A DNA stretch of 64,000 nt from Schmidtea nova (lineage: Eukaryota). The position numbers were made by a program, and so were the translations under genes. The stretch spans positions 198,958,001-199,022,000 of the forward strand of contig CM097883.1 of the NCBI GenBank assembly GCA_044892505.1, read 5' to 3'. The notes beneath the pieces were generated by a model. The model was not told where the DNA came from. It worked only from the letters and a program-made list of their open reading frames with translations, and made no database searches. This document shows positions 12,315 to 23,689 of the stretch, in pieces. Position 1 is the stretch's first letter; each line of letters opens with the position of its first letter.

Positions 12315-13899
12315 AAATGTTGATTGAAGGAAACCTGGTTAATATCTCTTGTATTTATTCAATTTTCTATTTTTCACTTTCTGGTTGATTGGTTTTCTTC
12401 GGTTTAGTAGGTTATTGTTTTCAATCTCCCACTTTCGGCTTGATTTATTTTCTTTAGTTTGGTGGGTAATTGCTTGGTTTCGGCTTGATTTATTTTCTTT
12501 AGTTTGGTGGATAATTGCTTGGTTTCTGTTTATTTGTTTTCCTTTAGTTTGTTTGATAATTGTTTGGTTATTAATTTTCAAAATTTTATTTTCTATCGAT
12601 TTTTTTTCTATTGTCAATTTGGCTTACTATAGCTTTTGCTATAGCAAGCCAAATTTGAAAATCAAATTTAAATTATAATTATAATAATAATAAAAATAAA
12701 TATTAGCATTCACCAGAACAAAAGGGAGGGGGTCCCCGGTGACCGCAAAGGCACCGTCCATAACAATGACGGCGCTTACAACATAATACACGAATGTCTC
12801 TAATCATAAAATAAATTAGACCATAAAATTTGACATTCACAATACACACATATATAATACACATAGACATTTTAATTCAATGGATTTTTGTGGGTATATT
12901 GCCCTGTACCTCACCGGGACCCAATTCGCCTATGGTATCGTTCTTATTTGTGTGTCTTTTCTCGTCTAACGCCTGTACGGGGATTCCCTGTTTAGCTTAG
13001 TATGATGTATAGTGATTGGTTTTTATTTACTCAATATTCCCTTAGAAATTTAGGCTCATTTCTATTTAATTTTATGTACCATTTCAACTTTCATTTTTGA
13101 CCCATTGCAGTTTAATTTCACTTATAATTACAGCAAACCAATATTCATTTTAACTCGTCAGATTAGTCTCGAGGGTCGGCTTCAACAGTCGAGAGGCCTA
13201 GTGTATTTTCTCTCCCTGTACACTGAACGCGCCATTCTATCTCGTCACGGCTACTCTTGTGCCTGTCAATCACCTACTTTAGCTCATAGATTTTCTCACT
13301 TGATATGGGCTAGTGCGCACCTCATCAAATTTCTCTCAATGTTGGATAAGTTTTTCCCCACTTCATGTTGAAATTTCCCCCTTATTAATTTATTTCAACG
13401 ATCTGTTCGAGTGGGTTGTAGTGGCATGCATAATCGCGGGTAGGAATATTTCAGGGACGTAATCTGCGGCATGTGCGACAATTGAGTAATTTTAACTTTT
13501 GGTAGAAATAAATGTAGTAACAAAATCATCGTGGCTATGGAATGAATATCGTTTTGTTACTCTATTTCTGAGGGATTTATCGGTGGTTGGGAGTAAAATT
13601 TCATTCAGTTGAATCTTCCCCTTGCACAATGTATTGATGCAGTGTTTTATAAATTAATTCTAGCCACAACACTTCATTCTGTGAAGTAAAATTATCTTTC
13701 TACCACTAACTTAGTCTCTAAGTTTCGCCATTAAATCAGATTGGAAAATCTAATCATGTCGTATTCTCAATGATTTGGAGACAACTCTGTCTCATAAAAA
13801 TTCAAAATTTTCAACCGGGAATCTGCGTCGCCCGGTTTTGATCATTCACCCTGTCCCACAGACTTCACTAAACTAAAAAGGTCTTGTACGGAAATTCTA

Positions 13900-14470
13900 C
13901 CTGATTGTCGAGACCCTCGCATTATCTATATGCAATGAGATGAAAAACAAATATGGTTATCAGCATAAGATTTTATTAAACAACACAAGTAGTTTACAAT
14001 TTCTTCCAAATCACGTTCGAGATAAGATTGGTGTTCCTCCGAGTGTTGCGATAAACTTGATGTGAAATGCGTGCTACACAGGTGTAAATGACAATTGATG
14101 TTGGTATAAATGACATTAATTTGACTGTCCTGAGCGCCTCCTTATATAGTCAAATTGGCGCTCAGGCAGCCAATCAGGATCAAGTAACTTTTCATTGGTT
14201 AAATGGCCCGATTTTTGTATTTATTTGTTTTATTTTATTATCCTAGATTTATTCGTAATTATTGTATTATTTGTTTTATTCATTTCATTTATTTTCATTA
14301 ATTCCTCCTATTTTCTCAATTTCTATTTGATTTCACATTTTTATCTCTGTTTCATCGATTTTTCATTTTTTATTTTTGTTTTAATTGTATTCTTTTTCTT
14401 GCTAATGATTTCTCTATTGTTTCCTAACTTTCATTATTATTTTATTATTTCTTACTGATTCTTTGTCATT
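13900..14470 (-). repeat. Family A cassette copy 2
   Basis: TGAGCGCC-tccttatatagtcaaatt-GGCGCTCAGGCAGCCAATCAG...ATTGG...CCGATTT, then a T-rich tract. Shares GCAACACTCGG(G)AGGAA and ATAGATAA(C/T)GCGAG (minus strand) with copy 1. Confidence 0.55.
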
Positions 14471-14489
14471 TCTTAATTACTTGCTCAAT

Positions 14490-16100
14490 TTATTCTTTAT
14501 TCGTTTTTGTACTAACCCAACATTTTTTAAACTTACGTAAAAAACACTGATTAATATTTTTATAGTGTGATATTTAAAAAAACAGTATCCCTTATGAAGA
14601 GGTACTTCGTAAAATTGGCACATATGACAAGTTAAACATTTTTTCTTATGCGCAGCACAAACACGGCACTGTCTCTGGGGTTTTACTTTTATGCCATCTG
14701 TAAAAATTTTAATCAATTTATTTATCTTTGCATCATTTGATAATCTTGCTGGAGAATCATTTTTTCTGGATGTAGCTGATGTACTTGGTACAGGATCATT
14801 TGCATTTTCCGGAGTTGGTTCGCTTATCCAGTCTTTTTCTACATCATGTAAAAAACATAGTATCACTTTTTTGAATTTGGATTTAATGTTTTCAAAACTC
14901 TAAATGCATTAAATAGTGCATAATTCATTAGAAACATTACATCTCCTTTTGTCTATTTCTTGGTACGACGTACTATCGAGTAATACGACAAATATTAATC
15001 AGTGTGATCAACACCTTTATAATTTTTTTATAATCAATCGGCATATTGACTTCAAATACTTTCTTTTGTCGCTAAATCAATATTGTGGTCTTCTACAATA
15101 TTGGCTGAATGTATTGTCAAAATCATTCGGACAGGTAATTTTGATTGCCAATAGTGTAATACAATGTTTTGCCGACGGCGAAACATGGATTCCTCCTTTT
15201 TTAGTTTCTCATTTAAAAAAGGAATGCCTCTGTTTGTGAGAATAGGGCCACAAGTCCTGAATCTATGTTTTTTTATGATGCCATAAGTTCATATATGACG
15301 GCAGAAGATTTAAAATTGTTTGTTGTAATCGACTTCCTTCTCCACAGTATTTGCGAAAATTACAAATTTAGCCGGGTTTAGCTTCACAAACTATTTTTAC
15401 AAGTATTCCGTATTTTGAAATTTAAAACACAGTATACTTTAGTATAAATGACACCTCTATGTTATGATGCTTTCACCTAGAGACAATTATTTCTTAGGCT
15501 TGTAAACTTCCTGAAATTTTGATAAAAAATAATAAATAGTAGAACGTATTTTTGTAAGGAGATATCTATCATCTCTCATAATTATTGTAAAAATGCCATG
15601 AATACCTTATTTGTTGAAATCGATCCCTGCTCATTATTGGATCGAAAATTGGAGTTTGAATTATCTTATCCGTCTACCAATATTCATCCCTCGTGTCTTT
15701 GCGGACTCTGCCAATAAGTAGAAGTAATACGAGCATTTTTTAAAGTTCCATCACAGACACATCTTTCTACTTTATAGATTTTGCTCTATCTCTAAATAAC
15801 TGTATATTTTGTGCGTGTTAGTGATTTGTTTCTGTCGCTATATATTCAAATAAATCGTCCTCAATAAATAGGTGAACCACACCAACTGCACTCTTCGAAT
15901 ATATTGGCATCACAAAACCTCACTTTGTTTTAACAATTGTTCGATAATTGGCACAATATTATTTTTAGACCAGTCCAGTACTTCATCATTACTTTCTTCA
16001 GAGTCGCTTGATGGTATTGGCAATTTTTCTTCTTGGTCGAAGCAATTACTCGCCACTTTCGCTATAAAACTCAGGGAAATTTCTCATCACTTGAAATTTG
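14490..16100 (-). pseudogene. Decayed piggyBac (PGBD4-like) transposase
   Basis: C-terminal Cys-rich domain RQCRVCAAHKK...LHKGYCFFKYHT (ORF 14477-14866), KYGILVKIVCEAKPG at about 15400 and RFQQIRYSWHF at about 15600. Many stops; no TTAA termini found. Confidence 0.85.
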
Positions 16101-16409
16101 CAACAAATCAACTTTATAGTCATTACTATTGCAATCCATTGTAAATAAATTTATGTAATTAAAAAAAACTTTGAATGAAATATTCTCGAATTAGCCCTGC
16201 GGAGCTCGTGGTATATCTAACGGATACATGTTATCTAATTTCAAAATTATTTTTTTTGTAACACCACACATAATGTGGCAACCCTTAGTAGCTATGTCTT
16301 AATGATTCATAAGCGATAACCAGTATTTGATGCGTCATAAATTTTTCTTGTTTTAGTGTGAAAATTTATTTTGTGCACGTTCGACATTCACTATATCACT
16401 CGAAAGTTA

Positions 16410-17906
16410 TAGGGTTTTCCGACCTATTTAGACACTTTAACGATCAAATTAGACATTTCAAAAAAGTAAAATATATTTCACAATCAATTTAGACAATTTT
16501 TCAATCAATTTAGACAATAAAGTTAAGAATAAGTTTAGCAAATCCACAATGATTTATTCATATATCAATTCCATATTTCTACTTCTTTCGATATAAGTCA
16601 ACATTCTCCTGAAATACCCTCCACAATCTTCGCTTGTTACGATGTTAAATCCCGCCATAATCAAATCATTCAATTCATTTTCGTTGTTTGCATTACCTCT
16701 GAGCACGTGATTCTTCCATTTACTGAAACAATTCTCAATAATGTTAAGAAATGGGGAGTAAGGGGGTAGGTATACAACTTTGATGTTTTCAGCTTCACAC
16801 ATGGAAATAAAACGAGTACAATGATGTATACGGGCGTTGTCGATGATGAAAATTGGATCGGTAATTCCTTGGTTTATGGCTAAATTTTTTAACTCCACCA
16901 TGTAACACAAAAATTTCTCGCCGTTTATAGGACCTGGATTTATTTCATAATTTAGAGTTCCATACTTTGATACTTCTGCAATAACGGAAATATTACGAAA
17001 TCTTGTCGCCGGAGTATTTACAATGACACTTGTACCAACTAAACTTCTTCCCCGTTTGACCCTTGTGCAAACCTGGAACCCAACTTCGTCCACAAATAAA
17101 AATGATTTATCATCATTATTTAAAAGCATACTTACAAATCTCTCCGCGTAGATACGTCTCTTCTCCAATGTCGTGGGATCGTTTCTCTTAACTGGTGAAA
17201 GTGTTACGCATTTCAAAGTATAATGAAAATTGCGTAAACACCGATCAATGGTGGGGATGGATACTTTTTTCCCAATTTGGTTTAACGTCATCTCTACCAA
17301 GTTTTTTAGTGTCATAATTGGGTTTTCATCAACCCATTCTTTAATAGTTTGCTTTTCACTCGGCGTCAATTTCGATCTTTTATCGCCGCCTTTTTTCAGC
17401 GGTGTTATTCTTCCTTCAGATTCCCACCTTTTGACGATGTTATATACACTTGTTCTTTTAATCGCGACCATTTCAGATATGCTGGAAATTGTAATGTTCT
17501 GAGAATAAAGCGAAATCACACGCTCTCTTGCATGCTGGTCAATTGTATCATACTTTTTTACATGCGAATCTACATTAACAGTCGCTTCCAATTCAACAGA
17601 GTCAGTATTTGATTCGTCTCTCATAACATTCGCCATCGGAGATGATGGCTCGTTTGTGTCAATAACGTTATTGATTATGTTCCGGTCATTCGCGTCATTT
17701 ACCGTTGTTTCGTCGTTGTTATGCATGGGTATCAAATACAGAGGAAATGTAGACATATTTAAAATTGATTATATATTATATAAGTATTCTTAACTTTACT
17801 GTCTAAATTGATTGAAAAATTGTCTAAATTGATTGTGAAATATATTTTACTTTTTTGAAATGTCTAATTTGATCGTTAAAGTGTCTAAATAGGTCGGAAA
17901 ACCCTA
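16410..17906 (-). mobile_element. Intact Tc1/IS630-superfamily DNA transposon (DD34E) with long TIRs and TA TSD
   Basis: Near-perfect TIRs of about 120 bp starting TAGGGTTTTCCGACCTATTTAGACAC (one mismatch seen). TA is duplicated at 16408-16409 and 17907-17908. Confidence 0.95.
16554..17756 (-). CDS. Tc1/IS630-like DD34E transposase, 400 aa, uninterrupted
   Basis: Two HTH regions, then FLFVDEVGF (D1), IFIIDNARIH (D2) and PPYSPFLNIIE (E), with 34 residues between D2 and E. Confidence 0.95.
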   Translation of the reverse strand: MSTFPLYLIPMHNNDETTVNDANDRNIINNVIDTNEPSSPMANVMRDESNTDSVELEATVNVDSHVKKYDTIDQHARERVISLYSQNITISSISEMVAIKRTSVYNIVKRWESEGRITPLKKGGDKRSKLTPSEKQTIKEWVDENPIMTLKNLVEMTLNQIGKKVSIPTIDRCLRNFHYTLKCVTLSPVKRNDPTTLEKRRIYAERFVSMLLNNDDKSFLFVDEVGFQVCTRVKRGRSLVGTSVIVNTPATRFRNISVIAEVSKYGTLNYEINPGPINGEKFLCYMVELKNLAINQGITDPIFIIDNARIHHCTRFISMCEAENIKVVYLPPYSPFLNIIENCFSKWKNHVLRGNANNENELNDLIMAGFNIVTSEDCGGYFRRMLTYIERSRNMELIYE

Positions 17907-18579
17907 TATTTGAAGGGTGAGTATGATCGTCATACCTTCGAAGGTCTATGGTGGTTACTACTACAAAGAGTTCAAAACCTTCAAAATTTTTAAACCTTAC
18001 AATTTATATATCATTCGGAAGGTAATTGAGAGGTAGGTATGATGGTCATACCCTCGAAGGTTTATGGTCGGTCAAGAACCTTCAAGGGGTGTCCAAACTT
18101 AAAAGTTTTTCATACCTTACAAGTTATATCATCAAAAGGACTTTTGATGGTGAGTTCAAAAGTCATATCCTCGAAGGGTCCAAAGTTCAAAAATTTTAAA
18201 ACCTCATAATATACATATCATTCGAATGGTATTTGAGATGTAAGTATGATGGTCAAACTTTCGAAAGTTAATGGTGGGTGCTGAACCTTCAAACCTTTAA
18301 AACTTTAAGGGGTCTAAAATCTTTAAAATTATTTAGTATATATATATATATCAAACAAAAGGTAATTGACAGATGAGTATGATGTTATTTTGAAGTTTTC
18401 TAATGTTTCTTGTATTTTATTTGCGCTTGAACAGTTTCTTATGTCTGTTTTTCTTTCTCCTATTAGTAATGCGATTTTGCGTTGAAGTGGAACGTGGCTT
18501 TTCCATGTAGAATATTGTTGGGTTATTAGTGTGAAGTCGGTAGTTTCTGACTCCGGTGTTCTCTTTCAATTACAAAATA

Positions 18580-19400
18580 AACAAAACCCAACACAATAAC
18601 TTTCTTTATTTTTCAAATGATCACAACTCTTTTTATCACAAAAGGTACTCAGGCTCTGCAATCTTCGCGTGAGGGTAGAACACCCAATGGGATATCTCCC
18701 TCTCTGGTACGCAAAAGATTAAGTTCAAGTTCTACCTTTGATTTCCTTTCAACGTCTCCTTTAAATATCTTCTAACGGTTTGAGATTCACTTTACGCCTA
18801 AAATTTATCTTCGACCAACTGGCAATTTCGGCACTTTGCTCTCCGTTTTTATACCATCTTTGTGTTGCCATTCTGTCGGTGTAATTGGATATTGTCAAAA
18901 AGGAAACTAATCAAATCCGCTCGGTTGTAATCGGATCTGATTAGCCCTGCTTGGTCGTAATTGTATCTTTGCCGTTAATAGTTTTTCCGGCTCTCCCCGG
19001 GGCATTCAATTTAATTCGATAGTTTAATGACCTCGCTGATGCCCCGGGTTTCCCACATCGCTCGGGTTTCCCATTAGCTCGGGTTTTCCATTAGCTCGGA
19101 TTTTCCATTGGCTCGGGTTTCCCATTAGAATATTAATTATTTTTAATTAATTTGTATTTTCTTAATTTATCTTTCTGGGGGTCCCTTTTCAATTTTATAT
19201 ACACATATTTGAATTCATCTCATCATTTGCCATTCTCCCATACCAGTTTCCCCCCTTGAATCTTTATTTTTGAATTTTATAAATTTTTAATTAATGTTTG
19301 TACTTCAATTATTATTTTTCCAATTTTCGTATTTTTATCGATTTGCACATAGTTTTTGTGCTTTTTAATATTTTATTTCAAGCCTGTTCAGCCAACCCCA
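18580..19400 (-). repeat. Family B promoter-like cassette inserted in the Penelope-like element
   Basis: A-rich tract, then four to five tandem ~18-nt (C/G)(C/T)AATGG(G/A)AAACCCGAG units. Related sequence lies on + at about 41050 (GAGCCAATGGGAAACCC) and 58485-58720 (GGGAAACCCG; TTGCCAGTTTGGTCGAAG). Confidence 0.45.
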
Positions 19401-20361
19401 ACAATATGATCACTATGTAAACTTTTAGAATTAGCTCGGTGTTTGCAATTAGTGTATCTGGGTCTTTTGTGTAACTTACCATTGTATCTAAAATGGTATT
19501 TTAACTTCTGCGTTCGGTGTTTCATAAGTGAATTGTATATTGGTGTTAATAAAATTTGCACGTGATAGGATTTGATTGACAGGGATTGTGGAGATTGAAG
19601 ATGTCGTCAATGTATCGTTTCCAGAAAAGTATTTTGTCTCCAAAAAAAGATCTTATCTTAGATTCTATAAAGTTCATGTAGAAGAAGGCTAAGATGGGAA
19701 AAAGGTTATATTACCCATGGCTAATCCATAAATTTGTTTGAATGGTTTTTCTTTAATTGTGACAATATTTGAATTTATTGCTAATTTTAGAAGTTCTATA
19801 AAGTCTTGTTTAGTTATGTCAGCGAGGTCAGTGTTGGATTTTTGAGTTTCAAAGAAAGAAGCTGTGATGTCGAAAGTGTTATTCATCGTAAAGAGGAATA
19901 GATCCGTAGAGATTGGATACATCATGAGATCCCCAGAATTACTGTTGTCCTGCGTTTAATAGAAGAGACGTGTTTGTAATTTCAGGGATGAGTTCAGTTG
20001 TGTTTTTAAGATGACAAGAAAACAATAGCAAAAGTGTTTTTAAGGTTTTCTGAAAGTGTTGTGGAAGGAGTGTCTACTGCGGATACAAGAGGTCTGCCTT
20101 TTAAAGGACTTTTGTGGTCTTTAGGTAACATAGTCATATTACTAGGCAAGGGCTCACTACAGTTGCATTTTAAGAGTAAATCTTTGATTTAAAGGATGAT
20201 TTATTTATTTGCAAGTGTTGACAGTTTTTTATTGTATAAAATCTGAGTCGATGCAGGTAAGATTATTTTGTTTATCGGTTCATAGTTCGAGAGATGTTCT
20301 TCAAATAGTGTTGTATTGTTCTGTGTCAAGTGCAATTAGTCGATTGATTTTATCAAATGGA

Positions 20362-20873
20362 AGAATTGTGAAGTAATTGGAATTCTTTATTTTCTTTATG
20401 TTTAAGTAAAAGTTTTTGTGTTTAAAAATGTTTTTCAAGCGTGATAGTTTGTTCTTTGATTAAACGTTTGATTTTAGTTTCTAAAAAGCTGATTTTTCTT
20501 CAAGTTCAGTCGAAAAGACAGACATATTTGGATATGTTCAACGATTTGGATCAAGAAAATGATTGTACTTTTCAGCTAAACTTGAAGATTTGGTGGATGA
20601 ATTTGGTTTTAGATGGTAGAATTGTGAAGTAATTGGAATTCTTTATTTTCTTTATGTTTAAGTAAAAGTTTTTGTGTTTAAAAATGTTTTTCAAGCGTGA
20701 TAGTTTGTTCTTTGATTAAACGTTTGATTTTAGTTTCTAAAAAGCTGATTTTTCTTCAAGTTCAGTCGAAAAGACAGACATATTTGGATATGTTCAACGA
20801 TTTGGATCAAGAAAATGATTGTACTTTTCAGCTAAACTTGAAGATTTGGTGGATGAATTTGGTTTTAGATGGT
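20362..20873. repeat. 256-bp tandem duplication within the Penelope-like element
   Basis: 20362-20617 repeats at 20618-20873; the identical ORFs 20441 and 20697 are offset by 256. Confidence 0.95.
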
Positions 20874-21284
20874 AACATATTTGTCCTCTTAGGTTTATAA
20901 GAGAGGCGTTAGTGATGACTTCAGCTTTTTCTAAATCTTTCATGTTAGACGGAGGCACAAATGATGGTCCTAGAGCGAGGATATTTACTTGTGTTTTGGA
21001 AGAAATGTGATTAGATTTGTTTGAAAATGGAATAATTGAATTTGAGTGTGAGTATGAGTCATTAGTGTTGTTTGAATTTATTGAAAGTAGCATTTCTTAT
21101 GCTTGCGAATATCAAGATTTTTTGAGAAATTTGGCAATATAATTCTTATTAAACCTATTTCATTTAATTAAAATAAACAATCTTATTTAAAAATTATTTA
21201 AAACTTATTAATAAAATAAGACTGAAATACGAATGAAATAATACATTTATTAAAATCATACAATGACAATACATAAAAATGAAA

Positions 21285-21930
21285 CTACATGAAATGAAAA
21301 TACATAAAATGATAACACCTAATATAAAACATATTTATATAATCAATCAATACTATCGAGATATCACAATTTTTGAATTGAGTGTGTTCGGAATCAGGAA
21401 CATCATCTATCTTGCGATGGCAATTATCGCAATCGGGAGATTCTGATGACTGATCGCATTGAGGCGATTGATCGCATTGAGGCGATTGATCGCATTGAGG
21501 CGATTGATCGCATTGAAGCGGATATGGCCCATCGAGAGTTGGAACCGGACTCATTGCAATCTTTCGATTGTTCACATTCTGAAACTTCATTTGGTTCTGG
21601 TGTGGAATTTAGCCATTCTTCTTTTTTATGTTCATCTTTTCTTTATCGTTTTCTTCATCTTCTTGTATGGTTTCCATTAATTCTCTTTCGAATGTTTGTA
21701 ATGCTTTCCGCAATACCCAAACATGAAATTTCTCGATTTGGTCCTGACATATAATGTGTTCGGCCATATGTGGTAGCTCCATATAGATGTTTGCCATATG
21801 ATCTAGCAGGATTTGGTTGATGTCTATTCCCGTAATACGCTGGATCTTGTACGGGAATAGTTCAGGTACCGTGTAGATTAATTTTGAACATCAAGTTTGT
21901 CGATCAGTATGGCCATAAGTTTCTCTAGAA
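21285..21930 (-). pseudogene. Disrupted orphan ORF with (PQCDQS)n repeat and CxxC motif
   Basis: LIYTVPELFPYKIQ...MANIYMELPHM...acidic/basic tract...PQCDQS repeats...CDNCHRK. An 18-bp repeat TGATCGCATTGAGGCGAT spans 21451-21520. One frameshift and one stop. Confidence 0.4.
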
Positions 21931-22029
21931 ATAAATATTATAATATTGAAAAATATTAATTTTCAAAATTACCATTTTTAACAATATTTGTAGCAAGATA
22001 CATTGTAAATTATAAATTACCACAGATTG

Positions 22030-22033
<4 letters not shown>

Positions 22034-22078
<45 letters not shown>
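22034..22078. repeat. (TA)n microsatellite
   Basis: Pure AT dinucleotide run, followed by two CCAATCAG motifs. Confidence 0.9.
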
Positions 22079-22079
<1 letters not shown>

Positions 22080-22271
22080 CCAATCAGATTCGAGTATGCA
22101 GAATATGTCTTTATTAGGAAATACATATTGAACCAATCAGAATCGTGCATTAATATAGCTGGTTTATTGCAATCATGAGTCACATGTTAATATGAAATCG
22201 ACAAAGTCTTTATCTTCAATAATTGATTTTATATCGTTAATAATATTATCAACTATATTTAAATAGTCCCT

Positions 22272-22640
22272 AGTCTTTAAACCTAATATAACCTATTACT
22301 TGCAAATATATTAACACACATGGGGTTATATTTTATTTATCTCAAAACTGAAAATATTTCTGGTTCGTAAACTCATTCTATTAAGTTAGCCAAATTATTT
22401 AAATTATAACTAAATCCCAAGTCTGCCGTTACAGTAATTGACTGGATTGTTAAATCAAAAAACTTTACTTTTTCATCGCTAATAAATTCCTTGCATCCCA
22501 TAATTCTAAATCTCCTCGTCTTAAAATATATTATCGGATAATTACCACTTCTATCAATAATTTGCTGTGGTTTCTCCGTTGGAAATTTCATGTGAGATAC
22601 ATCAGTCTTACCCTTATAATTTATGTTTCTAATTATTAAT
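22272..22640 (-). pseudogene. Divergent TATA-binding-protein-like pseudogene
   Basis: Reading through stops: IIRNINYKGKTDVSHMKF...PIIYFKTRRFRIMGCK...TIQSITVTADLGFSYNLNNLA...*VYEPEIFSVLR*IKYNPMCVNIFAS/VILGLK. This matches both TBP repeats (canonical IQNIVGSCD...YEPELFPGLIYR...LIFVSGKVVLTGAK). Confidence 0.75.
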
Positions 22641-23689
22641 GAACATTTTTTTTAAATATGACAAATAACAACTATTATTTAAAACAAATATAAACAATAT
22701 TAAGAAATTAAGAAAATTAAGAAATGACGCAGTGTTCCGAATTGTTGGCCCGAGTGGGAGTTGAAAAACTTTATTTGTTTGTTAATTATTACAATCAAAA
22801 TTATTCAAATTAAAGTTTAATAAAATTTATTGACATAAGTCAATTTTGTAAAATAAAAATGACTATTATTGTGTTATTTAATGGTTTATTGAGAACGTGT
22901 GGTATTTGTCTGATATTTTTAGAAAATTATTATTGGTTATATATGTGACGAGAACTGTAGAGCCCAACAGAGTATCCTTTAAGAATTACTGTGTAGGGAC
23001 AGTTGAGGTGTATGTTATATAGATGACTGTATATGTGCGTGCGTATGTGAACAAACTAACAAAAGATTATTATCAACAAAAACAACTTTTAAAAATTACA
23101 ATTTTTATTTAACTAAATTTAATAATAAATAACTAGTACTCACGTTGAATAAATGGTGATAAACAGTTCGTCTTATTTTCAATTCGATTTTCTTTCGAAA
23201 TTTTCTTTTTTCTTGTTCGTTTAATTTTTTGTTAATCTCCAATTAAAATCCTAGTTTTCTTTTGAATTTGAAAACAAAGAAACCCGGAAAAACAAATAAA
23301 ATCGGAAAATCGAAGGAACCAGTTTCAAAAACCAGTAATGCACCAACTAAAAAATTACTTATTGATAATATTCCAAAGAGCAATCGTATTCAAAATACTA
23401 TTAAATCAAATCCAAAACCAATACATCATCGTAGTTTCCCATTTTCCAATGCATTACTTAAAGGCTGACTATTTTCAGAAATTTCGTTTAAAATCAATAA
23501 ATAACCGGCTTGAGCTATTAAATTTTTAGGAATTCCAGGTATGTCTTGGAATTCTGCCTTATTAACTTTAGAATCTTCAATTAAGCTCCTCACCGTTATG
23601 GAGACGTATAACTTTTTGAGACGGTATCCGTGGCGGATTAACCTTTGTAAATAAACATTATGTAAAAACAGGTCCGGATATCGCATTGC

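Larger units (their letters stand above)
16390..18390. repeat. Degenerate ~110-130-bp tandem units (ATATCATTCGAA-GGTA-TTGAG-GT-AGTATGATGGTCATA), interrupted by the Tc1-like element
   Basis: Four to five diverged units lie at 17909-18390. The first unit begins left of the TA insertion site at 16408 and resumes after 17908. Confidence 0.65.
18420..21100 (-). mobile_element. Decayed Penelope-like retroelement reverse transcriptase
   Basis: Minus-strand motifs: ILALGPSFVP, MLPKDHKSPLKGRPLVS, FKQIYGLAMG, KRYIDDIF, LPFLDT, and thumb YSTWKSHVPLQRKIALL at 18420-18570. Split by an insert at about 18580-19400. Confidence 0.85.

Noticed and set aside
12729-12922. 13-nt inverted repeat GGGTCCCCGGTGA / TCACCGGGACCC
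   Set aside because: Short, contains an indel, and has no TSD, so an element cannot be called.
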